IMG/VR virus record: IMGVR_UViG_3300008050_000036
Coordinates: 1 to 64,000 of that record
Direction: 5' to 3' (one strand)
DNA: 64,000 bases
DNA from: a virus
Translations under genes and position numbers: made by a program
Notes under the pieces: generated by a model
Seen by the model: only the letters and a program-made list of their open reading frames with translations
Told to the model about the DNA's origin: nothing
Database searches by the model: none
Part shown: piece after piece, positions 8,918 to 20,200 of the stretch
Position numbering within the stretch: position 1 is the stretch's first letter
How the letters are laid out: every line of letters begins with the position of its first letter

Positions 8918-11900
8918 TCATCTCACCTCATAGAACACGGATTTAGATTGACCGAGGGGCTTCGCCCTTATGGATGCAACCCTTAATTCATCATTATCAG
9001 GCACAATTACAAGGTTATTCGCCTTTAAGACAATCAAATTAGTATTCACCACCGCAACATAACCAATCAACAAATTGGCCGAAGTATATACACCGTCATG
9101 CACTCCAAATCGCAAAGTAGCATCTATCCCATCAACTACTATATTGGTTGAAGCACCCGCCAAAATAGCACCATTCGCCAAAACACCTGAGCGACCACCA
9201 CTAACCCCGATATTACCCAATGGGGCAGTAGTGGGGCTTCCTCTCCAATAACCGCCAATAATTGTTTTAGTATTATTCACAAAGCGAGTCATAATACGGG
9301 CTGAAGCCACAATTTTAATTGGGGCATTAAATACTAAATCAGTGCGCTCTTTGGTTCTTGAAGGGTTAGCATCAATTACTCCATTTGAAGCGGTTTGTAA
9401 ATCAGCCAAAAGCCCTTCAATACCCTTTTCATATTGCCCTATTATAATGTCTGTTAAACCAGTAGTGTAATCTCTAAATACTTCAAATACGGCAAACTCG
9501 CCCTTGATATGTTCAATTATAAAATCAACCATTAGTATCTCTCCGGGTTGAATATCGGTGGCTTTCATTAAACCTTCTACTTTGATTAGTGAAGCACCCT
9601 GTTCACTTCGATTTAAGAAACCTTTAGCAAGGCGCAAAGCAAGGTTATTTTCGCGCAATCCTACTACCCTTTCTTGTAATATACGGGTGACTCCCTCATC
9701 ATTACCTTTGCCGCCCATCTGTTTTACCTTTTCCAAATCCTTTACTTTGCCTCTAATTATTTCATTTTCAGCCACTTTATCTCCTTCAACAATGACTTCA
9801 TTAGCCATTTCAAGCATAGCACTTACACTAATAGATTGTGCGCCACTATTTGACCCAATGCGGCGGTCCCGCCCAATAAAGACATTAGGGGAATAAAGTA
9901 ATAGCCCTGCATCAGTTAATAGCAACTGGTAGCCATCAATACGTGATAAATCACGCATCATATCCAATACACCCACACCTTGACTCTTTCGGGCTACAAA
10001 TATACTACTATGTTGAACGGTTGAATCCAATGAAGGGTGGGCTGATATAAAGGCCGATAAAGCAGCCTGTTTGCTCATGTTTATGGCCGAATAATCATCA
10101 TAAACCCCTAAATCTGTCATTTTTTGTTCTTGCGAAGCCGAAAACCCAACAATATCAATACCTGCTAAATTATCGCCTCCATCATTCATTATCATTAAAG
10201 CAGCATCAGTAGTTCTAACTCCAACTGCCATAATATGACCTAATCTTACTCCTTTTCCAAGCCCCATTCCTGATGCCGACAAAGAATCATTGTTCAAATT
10301 ACGGAATTGTAATTCATAATCAATGTTTTTACCTTGCCCTGTATTTAGATTATTACCAGCAATACGCCATTGTTTTTTATCACTATCAAGCAAATAAGGG
10401 GGATAAGCGGTAGTAGTCAATTCAGCACCATCAGCATAAATAGTAGACAGCCCCCCAGTTCCGGGTGTTTTCTTGTATTTGATAATCCCTGAATTAAAAC
10501 CATCCGATAACAAATACTGTTGAGGGGTAAGCATAAAAAAGTCCGAGGGGTCATAATGCCCAAGACCCCTATATGATATATTTGGGCTATATGTAGTAAT
10601 ATCATCACTACTGGTAGCATCCCATTTATCAGTAAGAGATAAGGCAAAAGAAGCCGCATTATCCACAAATGAAGGTAGCACTACAAGTGAATGGGTTGGG
10701 GGATATAAGTGTTGAATAGCAGCGTTTGTGCTTGCGCTATTCTTACCAAAACACACTTCCCCTCCAATTACATTAGCACTTGATATTAAATCACCTGTAA
10801 ATGATGATACCGTGAAGGTGTTTTCAGTGCGGGCAGTATAGGTAATTTGACCCGTTTTACCAAGTATTACCAAAGTGCCGCTTGGGGGGTAGGGGGTAGC
10901 GTTTTCAACCGTAATGGTGCTTCCTGTCATATATGTGACTTTGGTTTTAGGTCCAAGAGTAGTCATAGCGGTGGCTGGTTGTGCTTTTACTGCTATTCCT
11001 TCGCGCTCACGGCGATTATATGGATTAACTACGGTAGTGCCGTCAGTAGCATAAACGGTTTCAGTCTGCGATATTACTTCGCCGCCCCCCGGATGGGTTG
11101 TTTGTGAATAACGGGCATCCACCAATGGTGTTATGTGTCCTTCGGTATCTTTGCGGCTGGCATCTGCTTTGAAATGCTGCAACATATTAGCACTTGGTAT
11201 TAAATGCCAAACGGCATCTCGGTTGTTTGCATCAGGCCATTCAATAGTGGGTGCTTCATCATAGGCTGATGTAATGGGTAAAATGTTGCCCTTTGTTTTA
11301 GCGGTGTTTGTTTCAAACATACCATATCGCTTATCACGGGTAAATGCTTGGTCTAATGACCCCGCTTGACTAAGACTACAATATGGCCCCAATAACCAGC
11401 CGTCTTGGTTGAGTATTGACAAATCAACATCTAACAATGTGCTAAAACCATACACTTTCAATGGGCGGGTCATACGCATAATATAATCAGCAGTGCGCCG
11501 CACTGGTTGAGATATTTGGGGTTTTGATGTAGCACCATCACCAACTATACTACGGCGACCTTTGCTTTTTTCTTCGCGCTCAAGCCAAGTCTTACGCAGA
11601 ATAAATACACCACCCCACGGCGGCAAATCACCACACCCCCTTACAGCCCAATGGTCTTTTACCCCCGTTGCTAAGAAGTGTTGGCTACTATCCCCAAGAG
11701 CATTACCATCAAGGTTCAATTCACTATTACGGTTCAAAGACCACTGAGGCTTCGCTACCTGTTGGTTAGGGTTGTTTTGCCCACCATATGTATTATCAGG
11801 ATTGGTTGGAGATATGCTACCTGCACCAAATGACTCAGCATATTTAGTCCATTTAGTATCTTGGACCCAAGAAGGTAATATAGGGAATTGTTGCCCAATT

Positions 11901-14900
11901 GCGAGGTCGCTATGTAGCGATACTGCTTTGGTGCTGGTAATCATATAGTCTGTTTGTTTGGCATTATTGCGCTCAGAATTGGTTTCAACAACTAAACCCA
12001 AACGTGGTGTTAAATCTGATTGAATCTGTCGGTGGTCGGTTATTTCACTAAGAGGAATAGGCATTACTCCCCTCTCGGCTTCGGTTTTGTCTTTCATGTT
12101 CAAAGACTGACCCCATCCGTGGGCGGGGAAGTGTTTTTGGTCGCCTGAATTAACTTTTATATCGACAGGATGGGCATTGATGTGGAGGTTATTTCCTTTG
12201 TGGTGGTAAAACTCGTTTCCTACACTTGCACCAAAAGCATCTGATTGATATATTGCCTCTACTGAATCGGCGGCTTTCACTTTATCACCACTATGATGAT
12301 TTAAGCCAATAATAGGGTCCGAGCCTGTATTAGTGCTTTTGGCTTGTAAAAACTTCGCATTACTACCAGTAATTGTAGCAAACTCGGTGCGGTGTGAATC
12401 CATTACTCCCGCAGTTAATGAAGTGGGTTTAATCATCCCCAAGTCAGCATGGTTAAGGGTGCGCCCCATACCCACTTTTAATTCACCTTTAACCCACGGT
12501 TCATTAGATAAACGGGTAAAGCCTTCATTATCATATCCTTCGTTGGTATGCCCAGTTATTACAACACCAATAGGAACGGTTCGCTCAACACCACTATAAG
12601 CAGTAGGCCAAGTCCAATCAGCCCCATCACTAACAGTAGGTAGGTTTTGCATCGAATCGTGTTTGCCTCCGTCAAAACGGGCTGACCTTTGTATTTTCTG
12701 CTGAGTAGTAAGTATTTCGGTGGGGTCGCCGGATAACATATTTAAGGCATCACACCCTGTTCTAAAGCCCCATGCTCTTACGGGCAAACGCCTCGACCAA
12801 TCAATAGCAACCATAGCGTTTTCAACGGTTGTGGTTTCATTCCAAATGTAGCCATTGGTAGCGTCTTTATCCATAATTAACCGCGATACAGTCTTTCGGG
12901 GATTTAACCCATCACCTATACCTTCACCACGACTATATCTATTACTTGCCCCATAAAGGGTAAAATGTTGTCGTAATTCTAATGAACCTCTTGGTTCACG
13001 CTGACCGCTATGACCCATCAATACCGCGCTGGCTGCCCGTTCACCCCAATTAGCACCATGCCCGCCAGCATTTAGAGCATTATATCCGTAATTTTGCATC
13101 CATTGAAAGGCGTATAATCGCTCAATTGGTGTCGCTATACGGGCTACACCATCACTACTATTTCCTTCGGAGGCATTTCTTAGCAATAAGCCACGAACCG
13201 CTGGATATTGCACCGATTTGGGCATTCCTGCTTCTCTATATCGCATAGTCATAAAATGTTCACGGCTTGTGCCGAATAACGCAGGGTGGCTATATTCAGC
13301 CAACCATGTGCAAAGGAATGCGTCAGGGGTTGCACCGGAATTAGTATCTGTTGCTTTTATCAAACCGAGGTCATTATGAGCCGTGGTTTGAGTAAAGTCG
13401 CCGCTAATTGTAGGGCTTTCAACAGTAGCAACCGGAACGGCAGACATATTCAACATTTCGGGGTCATGCCCAAACAAAGGTGGCACTGTGCCTAATTCAG
13501 TCGCTACTCTTGGCCTATGCCAACCAGCAGGAAGCCCTGTATTTGAGTAAAAGTGGGGCTTTGTTCCGCTGGCTACATGATGTGCGTTAATCCAAGAAGG
13601 AGAGGGTCGCCCACCCATCATTAGATATTGATTCAAAAAGAAGCCATTGATAGCGTATTCTTCACTGGCATTATGACGATTTACTACTATGCGGTTAGAA
13701 GCCGTATTTATTGCGATAGGTCCTGAATGTGCCGTATTAGGATAGGGACCCAATCCTGTGCTTTTACCATGTGTCCCACTGATGAAATGGGCTTGCTCAT
13801 ATGCCCCCTCTACCAGTGTATGCTCTTGTCCGGGGGCAAATAATAGGTCAAAAGAGGTTTGAGGGTCAGCCCCATATTTTTTACGATGATTAGGCATACC
13901 ATTATTTCCTATTTCACCAAGAGGGAAACCATCTGCTGAATACGAACCAGCGTTGTATGTTTCCCCATTTACTTCTAATGTGTCTAAGTAATATAATGTA
14001 GCACTTGGAGGGTTAGCCACGCCACTATATGCAGATTGAAAGCCCCAATGCTTATTTTCACTTTCGGCCTCAAACATAAGCGAATATGCAGAACCATGAG
14101 AACGGTGCAATTGCCTCCGTAGGGCTATTGGTGTGCCTCTCATGGTGTATGGTGTAATGAAATGATGACCTTGCCTACCAAATCTAATACGATGGTGAGG
14201 GTGGGTTTGTGTGTGGTCGACCCCATTTTGAGTCGCTAATAATACTGAACCACGTTCTGTATGGTCGCTCAAGCGGTGAGCAGCAAATAAGCGGGTTGAA
14301 CCGCTTGGCACTGCGCCAGCAGCCGCATTTGTGTTTAACCCAAACTGGCTAACCATAGTGTCGTGTAAGATTCTGACGGGGTGAAAGTGCAGAACCCTGT
14401 CGTTTGTGTCAAACTGTGTAGCCCCTCCTTCGGTGGTATCATAGGTATCGGCATTTGCTTCGATTATTCCGGGCGCATCGGGGCGAGGGTCGCTTAATCC
14501 CCCCATACCCCATGATAAATTGCGCCATGCTTGCACACGGTCATGGCCGCTTCTTACAATTATATTTCCGGGTATTTCATCTTGAGAAGGTAAAGATATT
14601 TCCATATTAGGCTCAATGCCACTTCCGGGTGTTGAAGGCAGGGTTGTTGTAGTGCCAGTTAATGGGTCAATGCGTTCTTTATTTAATGTATAATCCTTAA
14701 TTACCGTTCCAAAAGGTGAACCCCCTTCCAAAACTAATTCTTGGCCCTTATCGTCAATTACTGATATATTATCCCAAACCCGTTCTTCATTTGATATTGA
14801 AAGACCCTTTACTCGCTCAGTATTGACTGTTCTTACGGTTCTATATGGGCGTGACACATAACCTTGAACCCCTTGATTGTAGTTAGAAGGTGAAGTAATG

Positions 14901-17284
14901 GTTGTGGCTTCACTTTTTAGACTATTCCACGATATTGCCTTATTATCGGAGGCTGAACCATTACTCACATTAGTAATTAGGTGATGATTACCCGCTATAT
15001 CATCCTTCAATGCACTAAAACGAGTATCTAATTTATACCCATTTTCAAGAGCAATTTGCCATTTATTCATTGACCCCTTGAATAACATATCATTATGAAA
15101 AATACTTGTTGGGTTGATGCTACCACTTATTGTAATTGTAGCGCACTGTCTAAAAGATTCTGTTTGAGTAGGTATTGTTTTTATCAAAGACCCAAGACGC
15201 ATACTACTAAATGTATTGGGGGCATATATCACTGACGAGCCAATTAAAGGGGTAGTAATTGTAGCATATTTATTGCCTTCATTATCAAGTAAAAGGGCCG
15301 GATTCCCTACGGTAGTATCGCTATAATCACTTAACCCCCCGTGACCTCCAAAGGCTTCTTTATCATCTGTTTCTTCAGTGCCACCAGTATATAGCATTAA
15401 AGGTATATTATCTTTGAAATGGTCTGCTGTATAGTCAATTCCCGTTGGAGATACTGCCCATGTTATAGCATCAAGGAAAATAATTTCACCATCATAAACA
15501 TTGTAGTTAAGATTAGCAAGAAATGTAATTGTAGTGGTGGTGACTCCCCCAATTCTTCCCAAAATTACCCCGTCAGTGTTCATTATATTTGTCCCAATAG
15601 GTAAAGCCGAAGGGTCTTGATTAGTGGTAATTGTGCTTACTGCGGTAGTAAAATTACCATTTATGGTTATTTCAGTATTGGTGCATATCGGCCCCAACAT
15701 AATTAAACCCGTTGAATGTATATCACTTATTGAAGTTATTTGGGGATTAGTGGCGATATTTGACCCTTCTGAATTATAAATACTATCGCCCACTTTGTAA
15801 TGAGAATGAAGATTAGTATTTGGTGCTAAAACTTTTATATCACTTAAACCACTTAAAAGTGCTAAATCATTAAGTGTCACCACACAACCACTTTCATATG
15901 GTCCCATTTCATCCATTTTAGTATTATACTCCGGCTTAGTTATCAACAAATCATCATCATTATTTGCTGAAAGTCCATCCCATTGAAAGGGGTCTGCTTC
16001 CACTTCACCCATAATTGCAGGTCCATTGAATGGCATATCAGGGGGCGGTAATTCCGGCATTACACATGAATTAAGCCCTTCAATAGAAAAACGGCTATAA
16101 CCATGTCCTAAAGTATGAGCCACAGGTTGCGCCCCCTTAGAATCATAAGCCAAAGAAGGTAAGCCAAGATTGCCCCCATCCATCGGTTTAGCCGTTAAAT
16201 ACCACACCGGTAATGAAGTGCCTAATCCTTGAACAATTGGACCCCCATTGGCCGTTCCCCAATAGCCCCCTCCTGCGGGGGTGTCATATTCCCAAGAAAC
16301 AATCACAGTATGTTGGGGTTCATTAGTAATAGACCAAGCACTCACCCCTATAATATCACTACTTACACTACCACTGCTATGTTCAACCTTTGTTATATTA
16401 AAACGGATTTGATTAGACATAGAAGGGGTGTTTGAAAAAGAATAATGTTCCCAACCATCATATGTTAATGTAAAGTAAGCACCACCTGTCGATTGAGTAA
16501 TTATTCCTTTTTGGGGTAAATCTGAAGGTAAAACATCAACATTCCAATCATTTGTATAAAACCAACCCCCAACAATAACTGAACCCAATGGCAAATCAGA
16601 CGCATTTTGTTCATACATTACAATATCTAAAGTATTATTTACTTCTAATAATTTTCCTATATAATCTCCACTAATGGTGTATATTTTTTCATTATTTTTA
16701 ATTAAACTACCTACACTACTACCCACACTAAATACTTTAGTGGTGGTTTTCAAAAAGGGTCCATTTGCTGTTGTAAAAAGGCCAGTAAAAGGATAATAAT
16801 TACTACTATTTGAAAAGGTATAACTTTTTTTGGGTCCCATATTTTGGTATTTGGCCCGTAAAAAGCGTTCCCTGCCCAAATGATGGCTCGCTTGCCTATT
16901 CCTACTTGAATTGATAGTAGCAGCAATAAGCCGCGATGCTTCTTCTGTCCCTAAATCATATGTTTTAGTGCTGCCCGCTGCTACCGAAGCCTCATAAGCC
17001 CGTTTTAAGTCAATCACCGTATAGTTAATATCAGTAGCATCATCTTCACCATTTGAATATGTCCTTGCACCATTAGCCAAACGGGTTCTAATCAAATAAT
17101 TCATCCCTAATTGATTTGACCCCGCACCCCCTCCCCATTGAGTATCAGTAGGGTCATTGTATTCTGTATCAGGATAGGTGAAATGAAGATTAAAAAAACC
17201 ACTTTGGGGTCTTTCATCACTTAAACCAAATGTCTGTAATTTGGCTGGATATTCCTTCTTGTAAAAGGTTTTTATCTCCGTCAT
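8918..17284 (-). CDS. Giant tail protein (~2790 aa), probable baseplate hub/host-recognition protein
   Basis: The C-terminus (EMANEVIVEG..LAKGFL..DIQPGEILMV..IIIGQY) is hub-like. It lies downstream of the tape measure gene; ATG 17284. Confidence 0.7.
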   Translation of the reverse strand: MTEIKTFYKKEYPAKLQTFGLSDERPQSGFFNLHFTYPDTEYNDPTDTQWGGGAGSNQLGMNYLIRTRLANGARTYSNGEDDATDINYTVIDLKRAYEASVAAGSTKTYDLGTEEASRLIAATINSSRNRQASHHLGRERFLRAKYQNMGPKKSYTFSNSSNYYPFTGLFTTANGPFLKTTTKVFSVGSSVGSLIKNNEKIYTISGDYIGKLLEVNNTLDIVMYEQNASDLPLGSVIVGGWFYTNDWNVDVLPSDLPQKGIITQSTGGAYFTLTYDGWEHYSFSNTPSMSNQIRFNITKVEHSSGSVSSDIIGVSAWSITNEPQHTVIVSWEYDTPAGGGYWGTANGGPIVQGLGTSLPVWYLTAKPMDGGNLGLPSLAYDSKGAQPVAHTLGHGYSRFSIEGLNSCVMPELPPPDMPFNGPAIMGEVEADPFQWDGLSANNDDDLLITKPEYNTKMDEMGPYESGCVVTLNDLALLSGLSDIKVLAPNTNLHSHYKVGDSIYNSEGSNIATNPQITSISDIHSTGLIMLGPICTNTEITINGNFTTAVSTITTNQDPSALPIGTNIMNTDGVILGRIGGVTTTTITFLANLNYNVYDGEIIFLDAITWAVSPTGIDYTADHFKDNIPLMLYTGGTEETDDKEAFGGHGGLSDYSDTTVGNPALLLDNEGNKYATITTPLIGSSVIYAPNTFSSMRLGSLIKTIPTQTESFRQCATITISGSINPTSIFHNDMLFKGSMNKWQIALENGYKLDTRFSALKDDIAGNHHLITNVSNGSASDNKAISWNSLKSEATTITSPSNYNQGVQGYVSRPYRTVRTVNTERVKGLSISNEERVWDNISVIDDKGQELVLEGGSPFGTVIKDYTLNKERIDPLTGTTTTLPSTPGSGIEPNMEISLPSQDEIPGNIIVRSGHDRVQAWRNLSWGMGGLSDPRPDAPGIIEANADTYDTTEGGATQFDTNDRVLHFHPVRILHDTMVSQFGLNTNAAAGAVPSGSTRLFAAHRLSDHTERGSVLLATQNGVDHTQTHPHHRIRFGRQGHHFITPYTMRGTPIALRRQLHRSHGSAYSLMFEAESENKHWGFQSAYSGVANPPSATLYYLDTLEVNGETYNAGSYSADGFPLGEIGNNGMPNHRKKYGADPQTSFDLLFAPGQEHTLVEGAYEQAHFISGTHGKSTGLGPYPNTAHSGPIAINTASNRIVVNRHNASEEYAINGFFLNQYLMMGGRPSPSWINAHHVASGTKPHFYSNTGLPAGWHRPRVATELGTVPPLFGHDPEMLNMSAVPVATVESPTISGDFTQTTAHNDLGLIKATDTNSGATPDAFLCTWLAEYSHPALFGTSREHFMTMRYREAGMPKSVQYPAVRGLLLRNASEGNSSDGVARIATPIERLYAFQWMQNYGYNALNAGGHGANWGERAASAVLMGHSGQREPRGSLELRQHFTLYGASNRYSRGEGIGDGLNPRKTVSRLIMDKDATNGYIWNETTTVENAMVAIDWSRRLPVRAWGFRTGCDALNMLSGDPTEILTTQQKIQRSARFDGGKHDSMQNLPTVSDGADWTWPTAYSGVERTVPIGVVITGHTNEGYDNEGFTRLSNEPWVKGELKVGMGRTLNHADLGMIKPTSLTAGVMDSHRTEFATITGSNAKFLQAKSTNTGSDPIIGLNHHSGDKVKAADSVEAIYQSDAFGASVGNEFYHHKGNNLHINAHPVDIKVNSGDQKHFPAHGWGQSLNMKDKTEAERGVMPIPLSEITDHRQIQSDLTPRLGLVVETNSERNNAKQTDYMITSTKAVSLHSDLAIGQQFPILPSWVQDTKWTKYAESFGAGSISPTNPDNTYGGQNNPNQQVAKPQWSLNRNSELNLDGNALGDSSQHFLATGVKDHWAVRGCGDLPPWGGVFILRKTWLEREEKSKGRRSIVGDGATSKPQISQPVRRTADYIMRMTRPLKVYGFSTLLDVDLSILNQDGWLLGPYCSLSQAGSLDQAFTRDKRYGMFETNTAKTKGNILPITSAYDEAPTIEWPDANNRDAVWHLIPSANMLQHFKADASRKDTEGHITPLVDARYSQTTHPGGGEVISQTETVYATDGTTVVNPYNRREREGIAVKAQPATAMTTLGPKTKVTYMTGSTITVENATPYPPSGTLVILGKTGQITYTARTENTFTVSSFTGDLISSANVIGGEVCFGKNSASTNAAIQHLYPPTHSLVVLPSFVDNAASFALSLTDKWDATSSDDITTYSPNISYRGLGHYDPSDFFMLTPQQYLLSDGFNSGIIKYKKTPGTGGLSTIYADGAELTTTAYPPYLLDSDKKQWRIAGNNLNTGQGKNIDYELQFRNLNNDSLSASGMGLGKGVRLGHIMAVGVRTTDAALMIMNDGGDNLAGIDIVGFSASQEQKMTDLGVYDDYSAINMSKQAALSAFISAHPSLDSTVQHSSIFVARKSQGVGVLDMMRDLSRIDGYQLLLTDAGLLLYSPNVFIGRDRRIGSNSGAQSISVSAMLEMANEVIVEGDKVAENEIIRGKVKDLEKVKQMGGKGNDEGVTRILQERVVGLRENNLALRLAKGFLNRSEQGASLIKVEGLMKATDIQPGEILMVDFIIEHIKGEFAVFEVFRDYTTGLTDIIIGQYEKGIEGLLADLQTASNGVIDANPSRTKERTDLVFNAPIKIVASARIMTRFVNNTKTIIGGYWRGSPTTAPLGNIGVSGGRSGVLANGAILAGASTNIVVDGIDATLRFGVHDGVYTSANLLIGYVAVVNTNLIVLKANNLVIVPDNDELRVASIRAKPLGQSKSVFYEVR

Positions 17285-17285
17285 G

Positions 17286-20200
17286 TTAATCCCACACACT
17301 CCTTGCATTGTAAAGGGTTGTTATGTCAGAAGGTGAAAGCACCTTATCCCACAATGCTACTTCACTAAGCCGCCCGTTAAAATAAATTGGGTCATAAACA
17401 TTAACACCCCCACCGTGATGCTCTCCGTAAGTGTAGGTGGGGATAGGTGAATGGGTGATTAAACCAACACCGAGAGTAAGCATATTACTATCACGACCAT
17501 AAAACCCTGTCCCAAGAGCCGTTATTTTTTGTAAATTATCATTGTGAGGCACATTTACTAATATATTTTCAACAAAAAGGATTGTGGTTGAATCCATAGA
17601 ATCAATTATGCCTATAAATCCGCCCCCACTGGTTAATACTTCATCACCTACGTTGAATTGAATTGTTGGGTTTGAGGCTACTGCTATTCTGTCTGTTGAA
17701 AAAGCCGAATAAAGGCTTGCTAAGGGATGGTTCACCAATATACCACTATTTGCTTTTATCCCCACACCAATGTTTTGTGGTAAATGAGGGGTGTCCGGCA
17801 CTGTGCCTCCGTTGTATATGCCTTGATTAACTAAATCCACATTTAGGATAGGGGTTTGGATGGTGCTTATTAACGCCCCATTAACATAAACCAATGCACC
17901 AGCACCCCCATGACCTCCTTCGTGGGTGACTACAATATGATTCCAAAGCCCTTTTGCTCTTACAACACTATTGCTTTCATAATTGAAAGATAAACCCCCA
18001 TTTTGGGTATCGTGCATAATTACCTTAAAATCAATATCTGTTCCAATTAACACATCTTCTTTACTAACAATTGATATGCCCCACGGTTTCCCGTTTTGGT
18101 CTATACCATGTAATACGGGGCCGTTGCCGTATATAGTAGTCCACGGCCATGTTGTATCATGGGGGTGCATAAAGAATGAAATAGACCAATCATCGGCTTC
18201 CATGTCATTTTTAATTGGCACTCTTGGTGATACTTGTTGTAGCCCCTCTACTTCTATTTTATGTAAGGCTAAACAAGCATGGTTTGGTTGTCCTGAAAAA
18301 TAAACGGCTCTTGCATCTCCATCAACTATAATGGGGCTACTGGTTTGTGCAATTAGAGCATTATTCCAATTACCAACAGCCATCAATTTAGAGCCATATA
18401 ATGATTCAACGGGTGCTTCACTACCTGTTGTATAGTCTATTTGGTCTAATTCCCCATTATTTAATCGCACATAAAATAAAACATCTTGAGTCATTAAATG
18501 GTTCGATTCGGGGGCAGTGCCAGTATTGGTTATTGTCTGTTTATGATGAATGCCACGGTATGTATTTTCTTTGACCGTATCTGCATTTTTAATGTTAGTG
18601 AAGTCTAATACTGCGGCAGCGGTCTGCACTTCATGGAGGTTTTGAAAGCCGCTATATCCCGAAGGGCCCTTAGAATAATGGTGGGTGTAAAAATCACCAT
18701 AATCATTGGCTGTTCCATCACTAATGTCAAAGGTCACACCTGTATGCCCTCCACCAAAGAATAGTATTCCGTGATTATCAATTAAAGGCAATATCAATTT
18801 TATTGTAATTTCTTTGTAATTTCCATTCCTATCAAAAAACATATCATTCCATTTTTTAACATCGTTTATGTCAATGGGCCTTGCATTCAATAAAAAGGCA
18901 CACGCCCCATTACCTCTCACTTTACATATATTCCCCGCCACATTAGCCCCAATGCCTTCAAAAACCCCTATTATACCATTGACAAGTATTTTACCTTTGT
19001 TAGTAGATGAGATATTTTCACTAACCCTGCTAATTATATCTAATGTTTTTCTTTCAACCACCAAATTAGGGAATACTTCTAAATCGTAATCAGGCCATAA
19101 TTCACCATTCGTTTGCTTGGCCCCTGTAATGGTCTTAAAAGAATACTCTTGCCCTATTCCCTTATATGTGCGTAAATTGCCCATTGCATCTTCAACAGCA
19201 CCATGTAATCCCCCTTGAAATGTGGTGATAGGCACAAATGTTTCACCATCCATACCAAGAGGTAGTGGTGCGGCGAATGATGAGGCTTGATATGACCGGC
19301 TATTTGTGGCTAATAGCCCACCATGCCCTATTGCTTGAATTGGGCGATAGGGATATGGGCTATAATTATGAAGCCAAGCCGCAAAATTACGACCAGTAGC
19401 ACCCGGAATAGTGCTATGTATTACAATAGATAACCCGCTTTCACCATCACGGCTTTCAACATCACTTCCTATAAATGCCCTAACATAACCCATATGAGAG
19501 CCATTATCAGTAGATGTTATAGTATATGTCCCTGCATTTTCATCAAACAATACTGGTGGGTCAAAAGCACTACCTCCATTTGTATTCTTAGCCAAAGGAT
19601 GCCCCGCTTGATTTATTTGGCGTATTAACTCATTTACCCCTTCTTCTAAGTTAGTGACATTGCCTTTATTGCCAATATCGCCCAATTTTATGCGTTGTGG
19701 GCGCACCCAATCGAGTGTATCATCGGCTTTCTTGCCTTTTAATGACAAATACCCAGTTCTGCATTCAATTGGAGGATTTAGGGGTATATCATCATCACTA
19801 TAAATATAATTTCCGGGGTCAAAGGAAAAACCCTCCATGTTTGGGCCATTTAGTATAATAATGGTTGCCCCTGTGCTATCATCGGGGTCAAAACATATCC
19901 GAGTATTACTACTTCTTCTAAATCCTAATGCAATTTCCATAGAACCAGCATAATTCTGCGCCAACGTGCTTGCTGATGTGCCAACAGGCACTTGAAGTCC
20001 AGTTATAGAATGACCGACTGGATATAGACCACTACCTTCACCACCGGTATCTGCTAACCAACACCCCATTATTACAGGCAAACCTTCTATTATTTGGCTA
20101 ATAAGACCTGCTTCATTGAGTAAATCATCTTCCCAATCGTGATACCTATTGTAATATAAGCGGTGTGAAGCACCGTTAATCTCCATTTTCCATATATGAA